Shown here: positions 27,586 through 32,932 of the stretch, piece by piece
Position numbering within the stretch: the first letter of the stretch is position 1
Layout: the number at the start of each line of letters is the position of its first letter
Assembly (NCBI GenBank): GCA_031370645.1
Contig: JANMQV010000057.1
Coordinates: 1-32,932 of the forward strand
Length of the DNA stretch: 32,932 nucleotides
Source: Candidatus Eiseniibacteriota bacterium
GTDB lineage: Bacteria; Eisenbacteria; RBG-16-71-46; SZUA-252
Direction: 5' to 3'
The notes under the pieces: model-generated
Told to the model about the DNA's origin: nothing
The model's database searches: none
What the model saw: only the letters and a program-made list of their open reading frames with translations
Made by a program: the position numbers and the translations under genes

Positions 27586-28002
27586 GTGCAACGAGGCAAA
27601 CGAAGGGGCGCGAAGGCGCCGGACGGCATTCACGACGTCAACATGACGCCGCTGATCGACGTGTCGCTGGTGCTGGTCGTGATTCTCATGGTGGCCACGC
27701 CGATGGCCTTCCAGTCGAGCATCGCGGTCCAGCGGGCGGCGAAGAGCGGTCAGAAAGCCGCTCTGGTGGCCCATGCCGAGCGGATCGAGATCCAGATCGT
27801 GACGGCCGACAGCGTGACGGTGAACCGCGCCCCCGTGCCGCGTAGCCAGATCGAAAAGACGCTTCGCCCGCTGCTCGAGCGGAGCGCGACGCGGACGGTG
27901 GTCGTGCGCTGCGCGGACGGAGTTCCTCACGGCGCGTTCGTCGGCATTCTGGATGAGGCGAAGCGGTGCGGCGCCGCGGACATCGCGGTGGTGGGAGGCT
28001 GA
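27586..28002 (+). CDS. ExbD/TolR family protein (copy 1)
   Basis: GTG 27586 after AAAGGAG; VNMTPLIDVSLVLVVILMV with the essential TM Asp. Confidence 0.92.
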   Translation: MQRGKRRGAKAPDGIHDVNMTPLIDVSLVLVVILMVATPMAFQSSIAVQRAAKSGQKAALVAHAERIEIQIVTADSVTVNRAPVPRSQIEKTLRPLLERSATRTVVVRCADGVPHGAFVGILDEAKRCGAADIAVVGG

Positions 28003-28003
28003 G

Positions 28004-28438
28004 ATGCGACGACGCTTCGACCAAGCAATGAGCGGCGACGGCATCATCACGAAAGTGAACGTGACGCCGATCATCGACGTCGCACTGGTGCTGGTCATCA
28101 TTCTTCTCGTCACAGCACCCCTCCTCTCGGTGGCCGACCTGCCGGTCGACCTGCCGCAAGCGAGGACGCGCGAGGCCGAGGACGAGCGAAACATCAGCGT
28201 CACGCTCGGTTCGGACGGCGCCCTGGCGGTGGACGAGGAGCGCGTGGCGCCCGGATCGCTGACGGGCGTGCTGCAGGCGCACCTGGCCGAGCCCGGTAAT
28301 TCCGACGTGCTGGTCGTCGTGCGCGCCGATTCGGGCGCGCCCTATTCCGACATTCGTGGACTCTTGGAGCAGACCCGCGCCGCGGGAGCGAAGCGAATCG
28401 CCATCGCCACGCGCCAGAAGACGGAGGTTAGCCGGTGA
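28004..28438 (+). CDS. ExbD/TolR family protein (copy 2)
   Basis: ATG 28004 after GGGAGG; VNVTPIIDVALVLVIILLVTAP, VDLP and VRADSGAPY. Confidence 0.93.
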   Translation: MRRRFDQAMSGDGIITKVNVTPIIDVALVLVIILLVTAPLLSVADLPVDLPQARTREAEDERNISVTLGSDGALAVDEERVAPGSLTGVLQAHLAEPGNSDVLVVVRADSGAPYSDIRGLLEQTRAAGAKRIAIATRQKTEVSR

Positions 28439-29370
28439 CCGCCGCCACACTCCGACTCGACATGGAAGAGGTTCGCCGGAAGACGCGCTGGATGATGACG
28501 GTCAGCATTGCCGTCCATGCCCTGCTCTTCCTCTGGATCGTGTTGCAGCCTTCGATGGCGAAGGAGACGCCGCCGCTGACGGAGATCACGTTCCTCGAGC
28601 CAAGCGAGCTAGAAGGGGCGCCGGCCGCTGCGGCAGTTAATGTGTCCGCGGAGGAACCTCGTTCCGGCGCCGCCTCGCGGGCAAACAAGGAAGCCCGCTT
28701 TCAGCGCCTGGAGCGAAACGGCGACATCTCACTCGATCCCGTAGCGCCCGACGTCCAGGCGGATCAGTTGGAGGCGCGACTTGCCTCGCTCCAGCAGACG
28801 GCGTCTCTCGCGCCGGCGGGGACGGGCACATCGGTCGTGCCGGCTTCGCTCTTCGGATCGGGCTCGGCGCCGATGGGTGGCATTGGCGGTGGCCCCTCAG
28901 TCGCATTGACGCGCGGCGGTGGAGGCGGGAGCGCCTTGCCGCTTACACGAGGCGGAACCGGCGGCGCCGGTATCGCGCCTACGACACTTCCCGTGTCGAA
29001 GGCGGGCGCGGGCGGAGGCGCTCAGTCCGCGGCCAGCGCGGGAGACGCCGCGGCGCGCCGCACGGTGGCGGGCGCGTCCCTCGCCGGTCCGATCGCCGAT
29101 CGAAAGGTCCTCTCCACCGATGTCCCCGATTACCCCGAGTGGGCGAAACGGGAAGCCGTGGAGGGATCGGTGACGCTCTACTTCGTGGTCCGTCCCGACG
29201 GGACGGTGAAGGAGAACGTGGTCGTTCAGAAGACCGCGGGCTTCGGTGAATTCGACGACAACGCCCGGGCCGCGCTTCTCGCGTGGCGCTTCGAGCCGCT
29301 CCATGGCGGCCGGACGGGCGAACAGTGGGGAACCATCACGTTCCACTTCCGACTTCGGGACGTGGGGTAA
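28435..29370 (+). CDS. TonB-family energy transducer
   Basis: TM anchor with S-x3-H (VSIAVHALL), Gly/Ala-rich linker, and TonB_C domain PDYPEWAKREAVEGSV...DGTV...FDDNARAALLAWRFEP. Confidence 0.9.
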   Translation: MTAATLRLDMEEVRRKTRWMMTVSIAVHALLFLWIVLQPSMAKETPPLTEITFLEPSELEGAPAAAAVNVSAEEPRSGAASRANKEARFQRLERNGDISLDPVAPDVQADQLEARLASLQQTASLAPAGTGTSVVPASLFGSGSAPMGGIGGGPSVALTRGGGGGSALPLTRGGTGGAGIAPTTLPVSKAGAGGGAQSAASAGDAAARRTVAGASLAGPIADRKVLSTDVPDYPEWAKREAVEGSVTLYFVVRPDGTVKENVVVQKTAGFGEFDDNARAALLAWRFEPLHGGRTGEQWGTITFHFRLRDVG

Positions 29371-29379
29371 GGGGGACCG

Positions 29380-30408
29380 ATGACGCTCATGAATCGCTGG
29401 ACTCGAATTCTCGGAGCCGTGGCGGTGGCGGCCTGGTGCGCCTCCTCGCCGGCCCACGCCGAGCCGGCCCCCGCCAAGGGCGACAGCTCGTACACGATCA
29501 AGGGCGGCCAGGATCGGACCGACTTGAAGTCGCTCACGGTCGAGGGAGAGGACCGCGTGCACGTGGAGATCGAGCGGCCGCCGCTGGCGATGAATCTCGA
29601 CCCGTCGAAGGTGGAGGGACTCGTCATGGGCGACGCGCGCGACGTGCTCGACCGCGTGCCTCCCGATCTCACGACGTCATTCTACGCTTCGACCTCGCAG
29701 GACCGTTCCCCCTACACGGGGCGCCCCTGGCTTCGCCTTTTCTCGAGCGGTTCCGTGGCGCGCTTTCAGCCGAACGTAAAGGGTGTCGAACGCTGGAAGC
29801 TGACGGTCGCAGACTCGCGCGGCCAGGCGGTGGTGCTATTCGAAGGAAAGGGCGATCCGCCGAAGGAGATCGTCTGGGACGGCCGCGCCACGAACGGCGC
29901 TTCCGTGACGCCGGGCGTCACCTATTCGTACGTCTTCGAAGCGAAGGACAAGGCCGGCAATAAGCGGAATTTCGTCGGCGAAGGATTCAGCGTCTCCGCC
30001 TATCGTCTCGATCTGCCGGACGGTCCCCTGCTCGTCTTCAACGGTCGGGAGCTCGTATCGCCGGTTGGCGGCGCGGCCGGACTCTACGGCGGCGCGGGAG
30101 CGACGCGTCCCACGGCGCCGATTCTTCTCGAGACGGCCTCGTGGCTCAATCAGTCGCCAAACGTCATGCGCCCCGTGCGCGTGACGGCCACCGGCCGTTC
30201 GATGGAACAGGCCCTCTCCCTCGCGAAGCAGGTCACCGTGGCGCTCGCCGCGAACACGCTCGGCGATCCGGCGCGGATTCAGGCGATTCCCGAAGTCGTC
30301 TCCGACGCCCCGGACGGGGGAACCGTTCGCGTGGCGCTCACGGCCCCGTCGCCGGGCTCCCGTAAGGAGTCGAAGAGGGAATCGACGAAGGAGTCGAAGA
30401 AGCACTAG
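29380..30408 (+). CDS. Exported hypothetical protein with a central FlgD-Ig-like domain
   Basis: Signal peptide (SPAHA), WKLTV...FEGKGDPPKEIVWDGR...YSYVFEAKDKAGN, and a Lys/Glu/Ser-rich tail. Confidence 0.75.
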   Translation: MTLMNRWTRILGAVAVAAWCASSPAHAEPAPAKGDSSYTIKGGQDRTDLKSLTVEGEDRVHVEIERPPLAMNLDPSKVEGLVMGDARDVLDRVPPDLTTSFYASTSQDRSPYTGRPWLRLFSSGSVARFQPNVKGVERWKLTVADSRGQAVVLFEGKGDPPKEIVWDGRATNGASVTPGVTYSYVFEAKDKAGNKRNFVGEGFSVSAYRLDLPDGPLLVFNGRELVSPVGGAAGLYGGAGATRPTAPILLETASWLNQSPNVMRPVRVTATGRSMEQALSLAKQVTVALAANTLGDPARIQAIPEVVSDAPDGGTVRVALTAPSPGSRKESKRESTKESKKH

Positions 30409-30414
30409 TTCCGG

Positions 30415-30439
30415 GCAGCCCCGGTCCCACCGGGGCTGC
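30415..30439. terminator. GC-rich hairpin closing the operon (possible terminator)
   Basis: GCAGCCCCGGT-CCC-ACCGGGGCTGC, perfect 11-bp stem just after the stop codon; lacks a real U-tract. Confidence 0.5.
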
Positions 30440-30474
30440 TTGACCGATCGGGCGCGCGGCAGGATGATGCCCAG

Positions 30475-31188
30475 GTGAACGAGCGCCCGCGCGAACCAAG
30501 CGACCGGCCGGCCGACGCCGAGCGCCAGGCAACCTTCGTCCTCACCCGATTCGAGAAGTGGGCGCTCCCCCGCATGGCGGCGGCGCTCCCCCGCTGGGTC
30601 ATGCCCGATCATCTGACGGGGATCGGCGTCTTCGGCGCCACCATGATCGCGGCCGCCTACCTCTGCTCACGTTGGTCTCCATTGTGGCTCTGGGTCGCGA
30701 ACCTCGGGCTTCTCATCAATTGGTTCGGCGATTCGCTCGACGGCACGCTCGCCCGATACCGGAAGCACGAGCGGCCCCGCTACGGCTTCTACCTCGATCA
30801 CCTCACCGACGCCTACTCCACGATTGCAGTGGGGCTCGGGCTCGGTTTCTCGCCCTACATGCTTCTCTCCACCGGCCTCGCAATCGTGATCGCGTACCTG
30901 ACTCTCTCCATCAACGTCTATCTCGAGACGGCGGTGTATAAGGTGTTTCGGTTCGGCTACGGCATCATCGGCCCGACGGAGGCGCGGCTCCTGCTCATCG
31001 TGCTCAATCTGACGGCGCTCTGGGTTGGGCCGCTCGACTTCGGAATCAAGGGAATCGGGTTCACCGTATTCGACGTCGTCGGCATCGCGGCGGCGCTCGG
31101 CATGATCGCGCTCCTCGCGACGCGCGCGGGGCGGAACCTACGAGACCTGGCACGCCTGGAACCGCCCGGCACGCCGCGGCGAGATTGA
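30475..31188 (+). CDS. CDP-alcohol phosphatidyltransferase family protein
   Basis: Signature D-x2-DG-x2-AR...G-x3-D-x3-D (DSLDGTLARYRKHERPRYGFYLDHLTD); multiple TM segments. Confidence 0.92.
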   Translation: MNERPREPSDRPADAERQATFVLTRFEKWALPRMAAALPRWVMPDHLTGIGVFGATMIAAAYLCSRWSPLWLWVANLGLLINWFGDSLDGTLARYRKHERPRYGFYLDHLTDAYSTIAVGLGLGFSPYMLLSTGLAIVIAYLTLSINVYLETAVYKVFRFGYGIIGPTEARLLLIVLNLTALWVGPLDFGIKGIGFTVFDVVGIAAALGMIALLATRAGRNLRDLARLEPPGTPRRD

Positions 31189-31247
31189 TCTCAGAGGAGG
31201 AGTTCGTGCTCGTTTTGAATTCGCGGGAGGTGAGGGCAAAGGGAAGG

Positions 31248-31802
31248 ATGGGCCGGCTGGCGAGCGCGGGATTCGCCGCCGTGGCGGTGACGGCCCTCCT
31301 GTTCGGCGCGAGCGGCTGCAAGAAGAAGGCGTCTCCGCCGCCCCAGGCAAACGAAGCCTTGTTCCAGGAAATCGCCAGGGCGCAGTCGCGCGCGGACGAT
31401 GTATTCAACGGCCGCGATTCGATGAAGATCGGCCGCGGCAAATGGACCACCCCCGGGAGCACCGCCTCGTATGACTCCTATCGATCCGGAGAGGTGGTTC
31501 GCTTCATCGAGGAGCGCGACGACCGCGGCGAGTACGGCTCGAGCAGTAACCGCTACTACTACGACCCGAACGAAGTGATCTTCTTCTACGAAGATCGCGG
31601 CGAGGAGAAAGTACCGCGCGGTTCCCTTCCGCCGATGTCGCGATTGATCCAGCGGACGCTCATGTTCAGCGACAGCGGCACCGCCATCTGGGGCCGCCGC
31701 CTGGTGGACGGCGCGGCCGGCGCGGTCCCCGATTCCCAGATCGCGATCATCACGGGGCGCGCGCGCGGACTACTCGCGCACGCGAAGGGGATGGTGCCGT
31801 GA
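31248..31802 (+). CDS. Hypothetical lipoprotein
   Basis: ATG 31248 after purine-rich GGGAAGG; signal peptide with lipobox ASGC followed by KKK. Confidence 0.7.
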   Translation: MGRLASAGFAAVAVTALLFGASGCKKKASPPPQANEALFQEIARAQSRADDVFNGRDSMKIGRGKWTTPGSTASYDSYRSGEVVRFIEERDDRGEYGSSSNRYYYDPNEVIFFYEDRGEEKVPRGSLPPMSRLIQRTLMFSDSGTAIWGRRLVDGAAGAVPDSQIAIITGRARGLLAHAKGMVP

Positions 31803-31833
31803 GACGGACCCATTGAGAGGTCGTGTCGGCGGG

Positions 31834-32932
31834 ATGGATTCGCGTCCTCGCCGAATGGGCGCGGCAAGAGCGGCGCTCGCTGCCACGCTTCTGGCGCTTC
31901 CCTGCTTCGCGGCCACCGGCTGCGCGGTCCGCGTTCCCCGCTCCCTCACCGTTGCGATTTCCGGTCCGGCCGGCAGGCTCGAAGGTGCGCTCTTTCTTCC
32001 GGACGGGCGCGGCCCGCACCCCGGGATCGTCCTCGTCGGCGGCGCCTATCGCGATAGTCGGCTCGACTACGTGCAGGACGCGCGCTACCTCGCCTCGCAC
32101 GGGTTTGCCGTGCTCGCCTACGACAAACGCGGCACCGGAGGCTCGGAGGGAGTGCTGGCGGAGGCGAACTTCGATTTCCTGGCGCACGACGCGACCGCCG
32201 CCGCGCGATTTCTTCGCGCGCGGCCGGAAGTCGATTCGGCCCGCGTCGGCCTCATGGGGATCGGCGAAGGCGGTTGGGTCGCGCCGCTCGCCGCCGCGCA
32301 CGACAGCGTCATCGCGTTCCTCGTTCTCGTCTCCGCCCCCGTCGTCTCGCCGCTCGATCAGTTGGCGTACCAGCGAACCGAGCAGCTCGTGACCCGCGGC
32401 ATGAAGCGCCATGACGCCGAGGCGGAAGCGCGCCTTCGGCGCCGGATCTGGGAGTTCTGGCTGGCACCGCCGGGGACAGGGTCGGCATCGAGCGATTCCC
32501 TTCGGCGCGCATTCGACTCGGCCAAGAAGCGGTCCTGGTTCGCCGCCGCGGTCGAGTCGCGCGATCTTCCCGAGACATTGATTCCCGATGAGGGAATGGG
32601 TGCGGTGAATCATCCGGCACGCGCATGGCTCGCGAAGGACATGCCGGCGTTCTGGTCGCTCCGCCACGATCCGGTCGGGATTCTCGAGCGGGTGCGCGTA
32701 CCGATCCTGGCACTCTACGGAGAGCAGGACCACGACGTGCCGGTCGTGGAGAGCGTCGTCAATTTCCAGGCGGCGCTCGGGCGTGGCTACAATCGGCGCG
32801 GCATTGTCCGTCCGTTCCGAGGCGCCGATCACGCGCTGAACGTGCGGAGCGGGCTCGGACTCCTCGCGAAGATCGAGCCCGCTCCGGGCTACCGCGACAC
32901 GCTGATCTCGTGGCTGGGGCGCGTTGCCGGCC
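31834..32932 (+). CDS. Alpha/beta-hydrolase-fold (lipo)protein, partial (runs off right edge)
   Basis: Manual translation from ATG 31834 (not in ORF track): signal ending ATGC, LPDGRGPHPGIVLV, GFAVLAYDKRGTGGSEG, VDSARVGLMGIGEGG, PILALYGEQD and FRGADH. Confidence 0.88.
   Translation, partial: MDSRPRRMGAARAALAATLLALPCFAATGCAVRVPRSLTVAISGPAGRLEGALFLPDGRGPHPGIVLVGGAYRDSRLDYVQDARYLASHGFAVLAYDKRGTGGSEGVLAEANFDFLAHDATAAARFLRARPEVDSARVGLMGIGEGGWVAPLAAAHDSVIAFLVLVSAPVVSPLDQLAYQRTEQLVTRGMKRHDAEAEARLRRRIWEFWLAPPGTGSASSDSLRRAFDSAKKRSWFAAAVESRDLPETLIPDEGMGAVNHPARAWLAKDMPAFWSLRHDPVGILERVRVPILALYGEQDHDVPVVESVVNFQAALGRGYNRRGIVRPFRGADHALNVRSGLGLLAKIEPAPGYRDTLISWLGRVAG

Noticed and set aside
26898-29370. Canonical Tol-Pal operon
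   Set aside because: No tolB or pal, two ExbD/TolR copies, and a TonB_C-type C-terminus with the YP motif.

Overview
High-GC bacterial chromosomal window. Proteins with FlgD-Ig/T9SS-like C-terminal domains and a PorV-type barrel suggest an FCB-group or similar diderm lineage (inference only). Left part (~100-8600, minus strand): a copper/silver resistance cluster with a Cys-rich leader gene, TolC, CusB-like adaptor, CusA, an HMBD protein, a CupA-like cupredoxin lipoprotein and a decayed mosaic gene at the distal end. Middle (8700-19200): mixed housekeeping genes, namely an Fpg/Nei glycosylase, an O-methyltransferase with a ~325-aa disordered N-terminus, YqeY, an OmpA-family protein, tryptophanase, a PAS hybrid kinase and an extended SDR. 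Right (19406-30408): the most striking element, a tightly packed 8-gene operon behind a sigma54-like motif. It encodes a 1000-aa Ig-repeat protein with a CTD-like tail, a PorV-like barrel fused to an FlgD-Ig domain, a 1056-aa TPR protein, ExbB, two ExbD, TonB and a further FlgD-Ig protein, with no TonB-dependent receptor. This is a candidate TonB-powered surface export/display or motility system. The window ends with a CDP-alcohol phosphatidyltransferase, a lipoprotein and a partial alpha/beta-hydrolase lacking its nucleophilic Ser. No rRNA, tRNA, CRISPR array or transposase was seen. All family calls come from motif recognition by eye, not from database searches.
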